Positions 1-10,256 of a DNA stretch of 64,000 bases are shown here, piece by piece. Made by a program: the position numbers and the translations under genes. Origin of the DNA: a virus; IMG/VR virus record IMGVR_UViG_3300017963_000003, positions 128,261 through 192,260 of that record. One strand, 5' to 3'. The notes under the pieces are model-generated. The model was not told the origin of the DNA and ran no database searches. It saw only the letters and a program-made list of their open reading frames with translations. Each line of letters begins with the position of its first letter. Positions within the stretch are counted from its first letter, which is position 1.

Positions 1-425
1 GCCGCCTGGGACTTTTCCGAAGCTGTCAGGTTCGCCTCGCTCAACCTCTTCTGCAACTCCTCGTCGAGCTTCAACTCCTTCCGAGCCTCGCTCAACCTCT
101 TCGCCACCTCCTGGGCCGCCTTGCGCGCTTCCTTGACGCGGGCTCGCTGCTCGGCCGTGTCTGAACGCGATCTCGTCTTCGCCCTCTGACGTTTGAGGTC
201 CTCTGTGGCGCGCTTCAACTCGCTCTTCGCCACCTTGTCCTCTTCGACCAACCCCTCCAAGGCCAGATCACGTTCATCGTAGACCTCTCTTACCTTTTCT
301 CTCCGCTCACGCTCGATCTCGATGAGCGCGTTCCGGTACTTATGCGCCAACCTCATCTGCTCCTCCACGAGATCAGCATTGACCGTCGGTCCCAGCGGCA
401 ACCCGTACACATACGTCTTCGTCAT
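1..425 (-). CDS. N-terminal part (runs off window) of a Cas12m/TnpB-like protein with a long coiled-coil insertion
   Basis: Not in the ORF track; translated by hand from ATG at 425 (RBS GGAGGGCAA): MTKTYVYGLPLGPTVNADLVEEQMRLAHKYRNALIEIERERREKVREVY...LKRQRAKTRSRSDTAEQRARVKEARKAAQEVAKRLSEARKEL. Resembles, from memory, the WED/REC start of type V-U1 (Cas12m) proteins. RuvC is not visible in the window. Confidence 0.55.
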   Translation of the reverse strand, partial: MTKTYVYGLPLGPTVNADLVEEQMRLAHKYRNALIEIERERREKVREVYDERDLALEGLVEEDKVAKSELKRATEDLKRQRAKTRSRSDTAEQRARVKEARKAAQEVAKRLSEARKELKLDEELQKRLSEANLTASEKSQA

Positions 426-468
426 CTCTTGCCCTCCTCGGCGTACCAGCCCTCATACCAACCTAGCC

Positions 469-498
469 TATATAGCACAGAGACACGGCCGCTGTCAA
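469..498 (-). promoter_or_regulatory. sigma70-type promoter for the 1-425 gene
   Basis: TTGACA (493-498), 18 bp spacer, TG-n-TATATA extended -10 (469-474). Confidence 0.7.
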
Positions 499-727
499 CC
501 CTCAAGCCCATCTGGGTCTTCGTCAGAGGTTGGCGCAACCCTACCTGGGTTACCTTGGGTTGGGGTACCACTTGGCGCGGAGCGCCTACCTTGTGGTGAA
601 CCCCTGGTAGACCAGTCGCCGCAGGCGACGATCCTTACAACAACCCTACCTCGGTACCTCAACCCCTCCGTAGATGTTCTCGAACCTCGTACACTTCAAC
701 CTACCTTGCCGCCGCCCCTTGCGACCT

Positions 728-793
728 CCATCAAGTACCCATCAAGTACCCATCAAGTACCCATCAAGTACCCATCAAGTACCCATCAAGTAC
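728..793. repeat. 6 perfect tandem copies of the 11-mer CCATCAAGTAC
   Basis: Read directly; period is about one helical turn. Confidence 0.97.
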
Positions 794-931
794 CAACCCT
801 CCGTCAACCCTCGGCCTACCAGGTGCGAGCTACCCCACCTCGTGCACAGTTGTCCAGTACCGGTCTACCTTGGGCTACCTTGGCCGTCTATACGTGAGGG
901 TACGACGTTGGCCCAATGTGGTCGAAAATGG

Positions 932-1028
932 GACCCAAAAAATTTCCCAAAATTTTTCCCAATATTTTCAGGCACTTAGCCAGTATATATTGGCTATAAA
1001 TGGAATTTTTTGGGAGAATTTTTGGGGT
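932..1028. repeat. AT-rich imperfect inverted repeat centred on the palindrome TAGCCAGTATATATTGGCTA (977-996)
   Basis: 20-bp palindrome with one mismatched pair, flanked by inverted CCCAAAAAATT-type A-tract blocks. Confidence 0.85.
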
Positions 1029-1198
1029 ATGGTGGGTGGGGTGAAGCCCGCGATCTCTTTCGCGATCCGTTGCAGATCGTACCCCCACCCCCGGCGATAA
1101 TCACTTAATCCCCGCCAAGTATTGGGAATCATTGGCTAATCTCCCGGTCCCAGCCGGACCTGCCCAGGGATTAGGCGATCCCATCGGCAACAGTAGGG

Positions 1199-1268
1199 CT
1201 TGACAAATCGTCAAGGCCTACCCTGTACCCCAGGGGTACAAGCGGGATCGGGTTGACGATTTGTCAAG
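1199..1268. repeat. Inverted pair of TTGAC-N5-GTCAA palindromes (1199-1214, 1253-1268)
   Basis: cttgacaaatcgtcaa is the reverse complement of ttgacgatttgtcaag. Confidence 0.85.
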
Positions 1269-2453
1269 GCGGGTAGAGGTACGCCCAAACCGGGCCAAAA
1301 GGGATCATCGGCCAAGGCTGGGCAATCATTGACTAATCCCCAGACAAGCCCCGCTAACCCCAGCTCAACCCTACCAGATCCATCGGGTGTGCCCTTGATT
1401 ATTTGTCAAATCCATCGCCAACGATAGGGATTGTACCCCCACCTCGGCCTACCTTGGCGAGGGATCGCGGAGGTACAAGATATATCGTCTATGTCTCGCG
1501 CGCGTGGATCGTGGGATCGCCGGGAGGGTACGGGCGGATCATGGATCGGGGATCGCGGATTATTGGATCGCGCGATCTTTGGGGCTGCCCCCTATACCCC
1601 TGGATTATACCAATAAGGCTCACCCCTTGCTCTGTAATCCGCGCCAGGTTGAGCGGACCTGGTCGACCCTGGGGGATCGTACCCCTGGCCGGGTAATCCC
1701 TCGCGGATACCCCTGGTCGCCAGGTAGCCCACCGTACCCCCTGAGATACATCGGACCACATGGGGATTGTACCCCTGCCACCGTACCCCTGAGGTGTACC
1801 GCACCACATAGGGGGATCGCGCCTACCCTACCACACCCCAGGGATAGGGGGATCGCGCCTACCCTGGCGGCCTTAACCCCTTACCCACTCCCCCTATGGC
1901 GGCGATGGATAATCCCCACCCGTATCCTTGTCGGGATCACCCCACCCCTACCCTGGGGATGGGGTACAATCCCACCTAACCCACCTGGCCAGCGGGGGTA
2001 CAATACATCGCACCGCTACCCTTCTCAACCCCGGTAGGATCAACCCCAGCCTACCTATGTGATTAACCATCGCCACCCTACCCTAATCCCATCGGGGGTC
2101 GCTGGGGATCACCCCCATGGTACCAATCCCGTGATCCTTCTCCGAACGTCTACCTTGGTCTATCGTGCCCCAACTGTTCAAGCCCTGCTTGGATCCCCCT
2201 TGTGGACGTCCACCCCGTACCATATAGAGAATCGAACCGCCCCAGGACACCAACCGACCCCACCCGCCCCAGCCGGGGCCTGCTCTGATAGCCCTGAGAG
2301 GGCCAGGAAGGGCCATTCTACCCCGGTTGACCCCTCAACGCATGCCCTGGGGTGGGTTGAAGGGCAACAGGGATAGAATCGCCGCACAGACCCCTTCTAG
2401 GCTTTCTGGGGTTAACCTGCCGGAATTGCAGGGGAAACGGCAAAAGCGCAGGG

Positions 2454-2545
2454 GGTGTCAGAAAATGCTTGACAGCCGGGGGCTGGGCCTGCTATACTAT
2501 CATAGACCAGCTGGGGACCACCCGGCGCAACCCAAGGAGGGCAAC
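2454..2545 (+). promoter_or_regulatory. Early promoter-RBS repeat, class I (copies also at ~3637, 5637, 7014, 8836, 10524)
   Basis: GGGGTGTCA-N9-TGACA overlapping TTGACA, 18-19 bp spacer, TGC-TATACT/TATAAT, then CGCAACCC..GGAGGGCAAC-ATG. Confidence 0.9.
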
Positions 2546-2824
2546 ATGAACGAAGGGAACGCAACAAAGGCGCGCGAGGAGATCGACCGGCTGAATGCGA
2601 AGGTCAAAAGCCTTCGCGGCAATTTCCTGGACGCCGTGATCGACGCGCAGCGCACGCAAAGCGACCTGCGAGACGAGATCACCCGTCTGAAGCGCGAGCG
2701 CAACGAGGCGCGCGAGGAGTGCGGGAGCCTGCGCCGACAGCGCGACAAGGCACGCGATGCGCTCGACAAGTCGCGGCTGGAAAGCGCACGGTTGCGTGAG
2801 AGACTCCACGACGACGAGGAGTAA
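2546..2824 (+). CDS. Small coiled-coil hypothetical protein
   Basis: ATG after GGAGGGCAAC; heptad-like sequence. Confidence 0.75.
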   Translation: MNEGNATKAREEIDRLNAKVKSLRGNFLDAVIDAQRTQSDLRDEITRLKRERNEAREECGSLRRQRDKARDALDKSRLESARLRERLHDDEE

Positions 2825-2834
2825 GAGGGACAAC

Positions 2835-3245
2835 ATGCACGACAAACACATGGACGACGATTTCATGAGCACCAACCCCGCACACTGGATCGAACTGTTC
2901 AAGAAGGACATGATCGATTGTTGCGTCGAGCACAAGTGGACGACGCTGGCACACAGCTTGTGTATGATGGGCTGTGACGACCCCTCCCACGTCGACCCGC
3001 ACGATCCGGAGTTCATCGTCGAGGTCTTCGGGAGTGTCGAAGACTTCCGACGCTTCAACCGACGCGTCCACGGGATGATCAAGACCCACGCGTGTATCAA
3101 ACCCCTCCGCCGGGTCGTTCTGCGCGATCTCCACACCAGCGTCGACTACATGGAAGGCAACGATTACGGGCGTATCTTCCTCAAGTCGTACGCCCGTCGT
3201 CTCCTCGATAGCTTCCTCGTCGAAAACCTCGATCCCGCTTGGTAG
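2835..3245 (+). CDS. Hypothetical protein
   Basis: RBS plus ATG; TAG stop abuts the repeat. Confidence 0.75.
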   Translation: MHDKHMDDDFMSTNPAHWIELFKKDMIDCCVEHKWTTLAHSLCMMGCDDPSHVDPHDPEFIVEVFGSVEDFRRFNRRVHGMIKTHACIKPLRRVVLRDLHTSVDYMEGNDYGRIFLKSYARRLLDSFLVENLDPAW

Positions 3246-3729
3246 AAACCCCCTCGACAATCAAGCCGTACCACCCGCACGCCACCCCTGCGCGGCCTAA
3301 CCCGTCTAACCCCGCGTTAGTACATCGACAATAGAAGCACCTCCACCCCTCATGAGGGGCTGACCCCCACCCGTCGCGCGCTCGCGCTCGAACACTCCCA
3401 GCTGGTCCCTCTAACGTCTATAGGGCCAGGGGACACCAACCGACCCACGCGCCCCGGCTGCTCGCCTCCCTGATAGCCCTGAGAGGCCCCAGAACGGCCG
3501 AGAGTGGCCGAGAGGGGGTCGGCCTATAGCCTGGCCTACCCTGAGGCCCGACCCCGGTTAAATCGCCGCCTAGCGGCTCTCAGAGGCATTCGGAGTTAAG
3601 CCCTGGGAATTGCTAGGCTTTCAGGCAAAATGCAGGGGGTGTCACTTTTTGCTTGACCCGGCAGCCCGCCGCATGCTATACTATCATAGACCAGCTGGGG
3701 ACCACCCGGCGCAACCACGGAGGGCAACA

Positions 3730-3900
3730 ATGAAGAAACAATGTCACTGTCTGATCAGGCACGCCATCACGAAGGAAGAGCGCGAGCGCGCGACGGCGCG
3801 TCTCGAAGAGGCCAAGGCGAGCAATAACCAGACGGGTATGCTCCTCGCCCTCGCCGCGTTGACCCAAGACTGCCCCGCCCGCGACGAAGGAGACAAGTAG
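3730..3900 (+). CDS. Small hypothetical protein
   Basis: ATG follows the promoter-RBS repeat. Confidence 0.7.
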   Translation: MKKQCHCLIRHAITKEERERATARLEEAKASNNQTGMLLALAALTQDCPARDEGDK

Positions 3901-3902
3901 CC

Positions 3903-4430
3903 ATGACGACTGTAAGCGAAAAGATCAAAGCGCTGACGGACAAGATCAAGGACGCACTCGGACCCTACCCCCGGGCTACGACGGTCGTAGCTCGTGCGGC
4001 GGACCCACGGACACCCAACGTCGCACCCGTCGTCCCGGCGATGATGATCGCGGTCACGTACCACCAGACCGAGGTAGTTCGGATCTCCCTCGACGACGAA
4101 GGCAACCCCATCGACGTACAGCTCGATTCGGGCGGGTGGGAATCCAACACGACGAAGAAACGGATCAACGATACCCTCGCGGCGTTGTCGATCCCCTTCC
4201 GCGTCTGCCACGACAAGAAGACGATGATCTTCTGCGGGTTCTGGGAGAAAGACGCCAACGGGAAGTATCACAATCAGTCGATCCCGTTCGTCGAGCTGAT
4301 GCGAATCCGATTGTTCAAGAACGGCGCGATCCGTTCCGTCGTCAACGTCTTCGGGATGCCCATCGGGATCGTTCGCCCGAAGACCTTCCGTCGCGCCGTC
4401 GACCGCATGACCATCAAGGAGGCCAGCTGA
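3903..4430 (+). CDS. Conserved phage hypothetical protein (SGGWESNTTKKRIN motif)
   Basis: ORF track; motif type recurrent in phage early proteins. Confidence 0.75.
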   Translation: MTTVSEKIKALTDKIKDALGPYPRATTVVARAADPRTPNVAPVVPAMMIAVTYHQTEVVRISLDDEGNPIDVQLDSGGWESNTTKKRINDTLAALSIPFRVCHDKKTMIFCGFWEKDANGKYHNQSIPFVELMRIRLFKNGAIRSVVNVFGMPIGIVRPKTFRRAVDRMTIKEAS

Positions 4431-4876
4431 TGTCTACCCCCGTTTTCAAACTCGTCGTTCTCGATGTCAACGATACGTGGATTCGCCTCGTTGACGAGTA
4501 CAGCAGCCGCGAACTCGCACTGAGGGGCGCTCGCGCACACGTCAAGCTCGACCTTCTCCGTGAGGGATTCCGCTTCGGGTTGTTCGAGATGACGGCCGCC
4601 CTGGAGTACACCGAGATCCCCATCGACGCCGACCCCGATCCGACCCCCGCGCCCGAACCGGCTGACGACGTTTTCGGTGACAACCTGGATCGCTGGATAT
4701 ACCTCCACGTCGACCGCCACAAGCCCGATCCCGCGCCCGCCTCGGCGGAAATGTCCCTCGCGTCGGCCCGCGCAATCGTCGACAGCTTCGAACGCTCGGA
4801 TCGCCCCTTCGCGACCTTCGACGAGCGCAAGGCTGTCAAGATCGTCAATGACGCCATCGCGAGAGGGGAGATTTAG
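4430..4876 (+). CDS. Hypothetical protein
   Basis: TGATG coupling with the upstream ORF; GGAGG RBS. Confidence 0.7.
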   Translation: MSTPVFKLVVLDVNDTWIRLVDEYSSRELALRGARAHVKLDLLREGFRFGLFEMTAALEYTEIPIDADPDPTPAPEPADDVFGDNLDRWIYLHVDRHKPDPAPASAEMSLASARAIVDSFERSDRPFATFDERKAVKIVNDAIARGEI

Positions 4877-4877
4877 T

Positions 4878-5255
4878 ATGGGGTGGCGAGAGAAACGCAA
4901 GAAAACCGAGCGAGCGCGGGCGGCGGCGCCGCACGTGATCCTACTTCCTGACGGTACCCTGGACCCCGAAAACGTCTTCAAACATGCGGACGACGCCTTT
5001 GCCTACGTCGCCCGCGAGAAGATCGAGGGTGCGCGCGTCCTGCGCGTTCTCCCCTCGCTCCGGTACCGTGTTGATATCGACGGGGTGCCGCACCTGATTA
5101 TCCGCGAGCACGGATCGGGGATCGAGAAGCGTTACATCTGCGCTCGCGCAGATGATCCCGACCGTCGACCGTATGTGTCGGTCCCCGCACCGGATCGTGA
5201 CAACTTCGTGGGACGTATGACCACGGGTGGTCACGTCTACACCTTTCGCCCCTAG
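4878..5255 (+). CDS. Hypothetical protein
   Basis: ATG at 4878 (MGWREKR); TAG abuts the repeat. Confidence 0.7.
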   Translation: MGWREKRKKTERARAAAPHVILLPDGTLDPENVFKHADDAFAYVAREKIEGARVLRVLPSLRYRVDIDGVPHLIIREHGSGIEKRYICARADDPDRRPYVSVPAPDRDNFVGRMTTGGHVYTFRP

Positions 5256-5728
5256 TTAGACCCACACCCCGACAATCAAGACGTATCACCCGCACGCCAC
5301 CCGTGCGAGACCCTCAACCCCTACCACCTAGCCGCACGCGTACAGACGCGCTAGACGCCTTTCTAACCGCTTTGTACGTCTACCCACGTCTTACCCCGTC
5401 CAACGTCTATAAGGGCGGTTCTCGGGCCGTCTGTCCTTCCTGGACGCCATCGCAGGCAGCGGCGGCCCGCTCTGATAGCCCTGAGAGGCCCGCTAAGGGG
5501 GTAGGAGCGGCCCGAAAGGGGTAGGGGTAGGCCCTGGCATGCATCGGCGCTAGAGGCCGTCAGAATGGCGCACACGGCCTCTGAGGGCTAAGCAGGGTTA
5601 AGCTGCCGGAATCGCAAGGCTTTCGCACTTTCTGCCGGGGGTGTCGCTTTTTGCTTGACAGCCGGGCCGCTGGGCTGCTATACTATCAGAGACTAGGTGC
5701 ATTGCGCCGCAACCCATGGAGGGCAACA

Positions 5729-6646
5729 ATGACGATAGACGCAACCCAACTGAAGATCGCGAGAAAGTCGAAGCTCGGAGCCGAGTGGAGGCTGCTTTAC
5801 GTGTTGAAGACCAACACGCGAGGCGAAAAGATGGCGCGCATCCTCGGTTACTGGCGCGACGGTTGGACCGATAACGGAGAAGACGTCTTTTCGATCAAAG
5901 AAGACGAGAATCGCGTAGTCACCGAGATCCGCGTACGCGATCCCCTCTCCGACGAGTCCAAAGGCGAAGTCTACAGAACCCTCCGCGTGGTCAATCCCGC
6001 CCACGTGTCCACGTACGGGGAACCGCTCGAATTCGCCCTCAACGTCGAGAAGCTCCTACGGATCTTCACCTGCCAGGACGAGGCCAACCCGATCCATCTG
6101 ATCGAATCCCCCGAAGAGGCGAAAGCGCGTGTGATCCAGCGCGCCCGCGACAACGGGCACGATCCCGTCCAGTACGGGGTGGACGAAGAAGGATTCGGGG
6201 AGCTGGAAGCGTTCGAGACTCTGCTGAAGGTGGTCACGGATTTCGAGCTGGATCGCATCGAGGATCGTGTCCAAGGGATGGCGGACGACGTCAGCTCCCG
6301 CGTCAACGAGATCATGCGCGTGCAGGACGCAACCCCCGACGACGAGAAATACGGACCTTCCGCGATCTTCGACGTCTACACCGGCAACGCCGCTTCGCGT
6401 CTGCTGCGCCACGTCAAGAGTTTCTCCCGTGCCGTCTACAACGAGAAGAGGGATCGCGCCAGTCGCGCCGTCCACGAGATCGACGGAGTCCTCGGGGGCA
6501 TGGCGTGCTACCCGGTCGTATTCTTCGGATTCCTACACAAACTGTGCATGGACGACCGCGATACTTTCTTGACCCTTCAAGCGCACGTCAAGAGGACCAT
6601 CGAAGATCTCTCCGACGACCACCCCCTTCGCAAGAAGATCTCCTAG
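5729..6646 (+). CDS. Hypothetical protein (305 aa)
   Basis: ATG follows the promoter-RBS repeat. Confidence 0.8.
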   Translation: MTIDATQLKIARKSKLGAEWRLLYVLKTNTRGEKMARILGYWRDGWTDNGEDVFSIKEDENRVVTEIRVRDPLSDESKGEVYRTLRVVNPAHVSTYGEPLEFALNVEKLLRIFTCQDEANPIHLIESPEEAKARVIQRARDNGHDPVQYGVDEEGFGELEAFETLLKVVTDFELDRIEDRVQGMADDVSSRVNEIMRVQDATPDDEKYGPSAIFDVYTGNAASRLLRHVKSFSRAVYNEKRDRASRAVHEIDGVLGGMACYPVVFFGFLHKLCMDDRDTFLTLQAHVKRTIEDLSDDHPLRKKIS

Positions 6647-7104
6647 TCCGTTCTACTCCCGAACAATATAGTCGTCCCGTCCTGCGACGGGTCTATCCGT
6701 CCTTTTCGACACAAGAAGCATTGAGCCACCCCTCATGAGGGGCTGACCCCCCACCCGTCGCGCGCCTGCGCCACCCGCGCACCCGTAGAGACCTAAGCAG
6801 GCCAGGGGACACCAACCGACCCACGCGCCCCGGCTGCTCGCCTCCCTGATAGCCCTCAGAGGCGCGAGGATGCCCCAAAAACGGCCGAAAGGGGGTTGGC
6901 CTATACCCTGGGGTGGGTTGGCGCTAAGGCCGCTCAGATTGGCGCACAAGCGCTCTAGCGGGGGAGGGCAGCTAAACCCCCGTAATCGCAAGGGAACCAG
7001 CAAAAGCGCAAGGGGTGTCAGAAAATGCTTGACAGCCGGGGGCTGGGCCGTGCTATAATATCAGAGACTAGGTGCATTGCGCACCGCAACCCATGGAGGG
7101 CAAC

Positions 7105-7554
7105 ATGAAACGTACCGTAGTAGAAGCGCTCGCGTCTTCGATCCAGGCGCGCATCAACTGTGTCGGGTCGAACAACGACGAGTGGAGGGAGAAACACGAG
7201 GAGCGTATCGAGAAGATCGCCCGCGAGTGCCTCCCGTCCGGGAGCGGTATCGACGCGGGTTGTTCGGTCATTCTCGAAGAGTCGACCGCGAACAAGATCG
7301 TCTTGAGCGTACCATTCCATCATATGAACGACGACGGTATGTACATCGGATGGATCACGTACCGCGCGACTGCCCGTCCGTCGTTCATCGGCGGCATGAC
7401 CCTCCACCTCGAAGCAATCAATCCTTTCGAGATCGCAGACGAGGAAGATCCCGACAACGCGGACTACTTCGAATGCATGACGGAATCCACGATGGATTAC
7501 CTGGCGGACGTCCTCTCCGACGTCCTCGCCACCGAGATCGACGAGAAGGAGTAG
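7105..7554 (+). CDS. Conserved phage hypothetical protein (LPSGSGID...FHHMNDDGMY.GW)
   Basis: ATG after the repeat; recurrent phage motif. Confidence 0.8.
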   Translation: MKRTVVEALASSIQARINCVGSNNDEWREKHEERIEKIARECLPSGSGIDAGCSVILEESTANKIVLSVPFHHMNDDGMYIGWITYRATARPSFIGGMTLHLEAINPFEIADEEDPDNADYFECMTESTMDYLADVLSDVLATEIDEKE

Positions 7555-7558
7555 AACC

Positions 7559-7834
7559 GTGAAGAGAATCGAAATCACAATGACATCCGACGATTTCTAC
7601 GGGGTCAAGACCGATCACGTGCTCAATCTCGAAGACAAGAGGTTCGGGATCGGCCTGGTACCGCCCGGACGCGAGGCCCGGCAGGTCTTCGAGGGTCCGA
7701 TGGTTCCGGGTCCGTGGGCATACACGTACGGACTCGGGGTGTGCATCTGCGCGGACCCCCGGCGCAACACGGGTGCGGAGTCCGCGCGCAAGAAAGACGA
7801 AGGTACCGAGCACGTTATCGAACAGGAGGGCTAA
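7559..7834 (+). CDS. Hypothetical protein
   Basis: ORF track; GGAG RBS. Confidence 0.65.
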   Translation: MKRIEITMTSDDFYGVKTDHVLNLEDKRFGIGLVPPGREARQVFEGPMVPGPWAYTYGLGVCICADPRRNTGAESARKKDEGTEHVIEQEG

Positions 7835-7835
7835 A

Positions 7836-8498
7836 ATGGACTACACGATTCACGAGGAAGAGTACAAAGGCTTGACGATCCGCATCGAGCACGATCCTCT
7901 CGACGCGCCTAACCCTCTCCGAGATTTCGACTGCTACTCGGATCTCGTCACGGTGGTTTGCTTCCACTCTCGATACGATCTCGGGACCGAGAATCACGGA
8001 TTCCGCGATCCCGACGAGGTTTGGGAGTACATCCGCAAGACTCGCGCCGTCGCGCTCCCCTTGTACCTGTACGAGCACTCGGGGATCTCCATGTCGTGTT
8101 CGAACGGATCGTACCCGTTCAACTGTCCCTGGGACGCCGGGATGGTCGGGATCGCATTCATCGAGCGGGATAAGCTGATGCGCCAGCGCGGCCACAAGAT
8201 CGCAACCAAGAAAGACAAGGAGTGGGCACGCGATTTCATCCTCACCACGATCAGCGAGTACGATCTCTACCTTCGCGGGGAGTCGTACGGATTCGTGATT
8301 GAGGACGAAAAGGGTGAACACCTCGATTCCTGTTGGGGATTCTTGACCGACGAACCCGACGGAGGGTATCTCCTCGAAGAGGCGCGGGAAACGGCCAATT
8401 CCCACGTCAACCAGCGACGGTCGGATCACTTCGAACGCCTGAAGACCTGGATCAAGAATAACGTTCCCCTCTGCGCCCGCGAGTGCTGCCCCGCCTAG
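7836..8498 (+). CDS. Conserved phage/ICE leading-region hypothetical protein
   Basis: LYLYEHSGISMS...CPWDAGMVG...YDLYLRGESYGF...DSCWGF. Confidence 0.8.
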   Translation: MDYTIHEEEYKGLTIRIEHDPLDAPNPLRDFDCYSDLVTVVCFHSRYDLGTENHGFRDPDEVWEYIRKTRAVALPLYLYEHSGISMSCSNGSYPFNCPWDAGMVGIAFIERDKLMRQRGHKIATKKDKEWARDFILTTISEYDLYLRGESYGFVIEDEKGEHLDSCWGFLTDEPDGGYLLEEARETANSHVNQRRSDHFERLKTWIKNNVPLCARECCPA

Positions 8499-8925
8499 TC
8501 CGTACTCCTCCCGACAATCGAGACGTCCACCCGCGCCACCCGTGCGCGACTGACAAACCCCTACCTACTGACCACGTGCGTACGTGCGCGCCACCCGTGC
8601 GCCTGTAGAGACCGAAGCAGGCCGCCGAGGACGGCAACCCACCCCACGCGCCCCGGCCGGGGCCTGCCCTGATAGCCCTGGAAGGACCGGGAGCGGGCCT
8701 AGAACGGCCGATAGGGGGTTGGCCTATAGCCTGGCCTACCCTGAGGCCCGACCCCGGTTAAATCGCCGCACACGGCCCCTCACGGATAAGCCCGCCCAAG
8801 CCCCCGGAATCGCTGAGCTTTCTGCCTTTTTGCAGGGGGTGTCACTTTTTGCTTGACAGCCGGGCCGCCGCCCTGCTATACTATCAGAGACTAGGCGCAT
8901 TGCGCCGCAACCCATGGAGGGCAAC

Positions 8926-9210
8926 ATGGTACAGTTCGAGACGAAGAAAGCCGACACGTTGCGCGACGGAGACGTCGTACTCTTCGACGGGATCGAGGTT
9001 CTCGTATGCGACCCGCGTATGTCGCCGCGCACGGGATTCCACGACAAGGATCGCGTCGTATTCAACATGATCGCGATGGACCTCTCGAACGAGGATCGCG
9101 ACGGGGAGCTTGTCCGCCTGGGCGCGGACTCCACGATCCCCGCTCGCCCGTTCTCCCTCGAAGAGGACGCGATCTTCCCCGAGGACATGGACGAGGAGGT
9201 AGCGGCGTGA
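8926..9210 (+). CDS. Small beta-barrel-like hypothetical protein
   Basis: ATG after the promoter-RBS repeat. Confidence 0.75.
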   Translation: MVQFETKKADTLRDGDVVLFDGIEVLVCDPRMSPRTGFHDKDRVVFNMIAMDLSNEDRDGELVRLGADSTIPARPFSLEEDAIFPEDMDEEVAA

Positions 9211-9353
9211 TCCGTCGGTGCGAAGAATGCGGGTACGTCGGGCGTGACTTCGACTGCTACAAGGAGGAGTTCGACGAGGGAACCGAAGTCACCATCGAGG
9301 AGCTGTTCGACCTCGCGCGATCCGCGATCCGAAAGGAGAAGAGCGGTGCTTAG
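9207..9353 (+). CDS. Small CxxC protein
   Basis: GTG start coupled to the upstream stop; GGAGG RBS. Confidence 0.55.
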   Translation: MIRRCEECGYVGRDFDCYKEEFDEGTEVTIEELFDLARSAIRKEKSGA

Positions 9354-9714
9354 CCCCACCCCCGATGTGATCCGGCGTGCAGTCGCGGAGACCAGATCCC
9401 GCCGCGAGGATCGCCCCCGCGACTGCCTCTTCGATAATCTCTCGGATTCCGAGGCGTGCGATCTCGTGTTCGATTTCCTCGCCGCGCTCGATCCGCGAGA
9501 CTACAGCCTGGTCAGCTGGCACGACGGGCAGCCCCGTATCGTCGCCCCCGCGACCAACACCGCGCCCGCCGTCGAGCGCCCCGGAGTGGGGCTTTGGCTG
9601 CGCGAGGGCGGAGATCTCCCATGCCTCGTCGTGGCATGCGACGAGCTTGGCAACTGGATCGTGCTCAACGAAGACGGGTACGTCCAACAATATCTGGGAA
9701 ACGAGGTACAGTGA
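9346..9714 (+). CDS. Hypothetical protein
   Basis: GTG start with AGGAG RBS. Confidence 0.6.
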   Translation: MLSPTPDVIRRAVAETRSRREDRPRDCLFDNLSDSEACDLVFDFLAALDPRDYSLVSWHDGQPRIVAPATNTAPAVERPGVGLWLREGGDLPCLVVACDELGNWIVLNEDGYVQQYLGNEVQ

Positions 9715-10256
9715 TGCGTACGATCAGCCTGGACGAAGACCCCATGATCCGTGTTCAGATCAAGAAAGGCGACGAGATCGTCCCCTTCTCCGACGAGTTC
9801 ACGGGTTGGATCGACTGCGAAGTCAACGACGTCGCGGACATGATCCTCGACGAGATCAACGAGATGATGGAATCCGTCGGCGGCGACTCGTGGAAGATCG
9901 TCGCGTCGGATGGATTCGGCGGCTGGGAAAACCCCGACGACGATCTCGAAGAGATCGAGAAATTCGTCGAGATCTGCCGCATGCCCGAGATCAACGGGCG
10001 CAATGACGTGGTGGGGGTCATGGCCGCTAACGGCTACTACGTTGATCTCGATGCGGTCGAAAGCGCGATCCGGGACCGGTTCGTCGGTATCGTCAACTGT
10101 TTCCGCGACTACGCGGCGGATTTCCTCGACGACATAGGGGATATCCCCGAGTTCATCGTGCACTACATCGACCTGGATCGGTTCGCACGGGATCTCGAAT
10201 CGGACTATGAGACTTACGAGACCCCCAGCGGCGAGACCGTGATCCTCCACGCCTAG
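9714..10256 (+). CDS. ardA: ArdA-family antirestriction (DNA-mimic) protein
   Basis: Very acidic; C-terminal HYIDLDRFARDL motif; DGFG and YAADFLDD segments. Confidence 0.8.
   Translation: MRTISLDEDPMIRVQIKKGDEIVPFSDEFTGWIDCEVNDVADMILDEINEMMESVGGDSWKIVASDGFGGWENPDDDLEEIEKFVEICRMPEINGRNDVVGVMAANGYYVDLDAVESAIRDRFVGIVNCFRDYAADFLDDIGDIPEFIVHYIDLDRFARDLESDYETYETPSGETVILHA

Noticed and set aside
322-2376. ORF-track proteins in the repeat zone (e.g. PIKYPSSTHQV repeats)
   Set aside because: They are translations of the 11-bp tandem and other low-complexity repeats and lack the phage's RBS.
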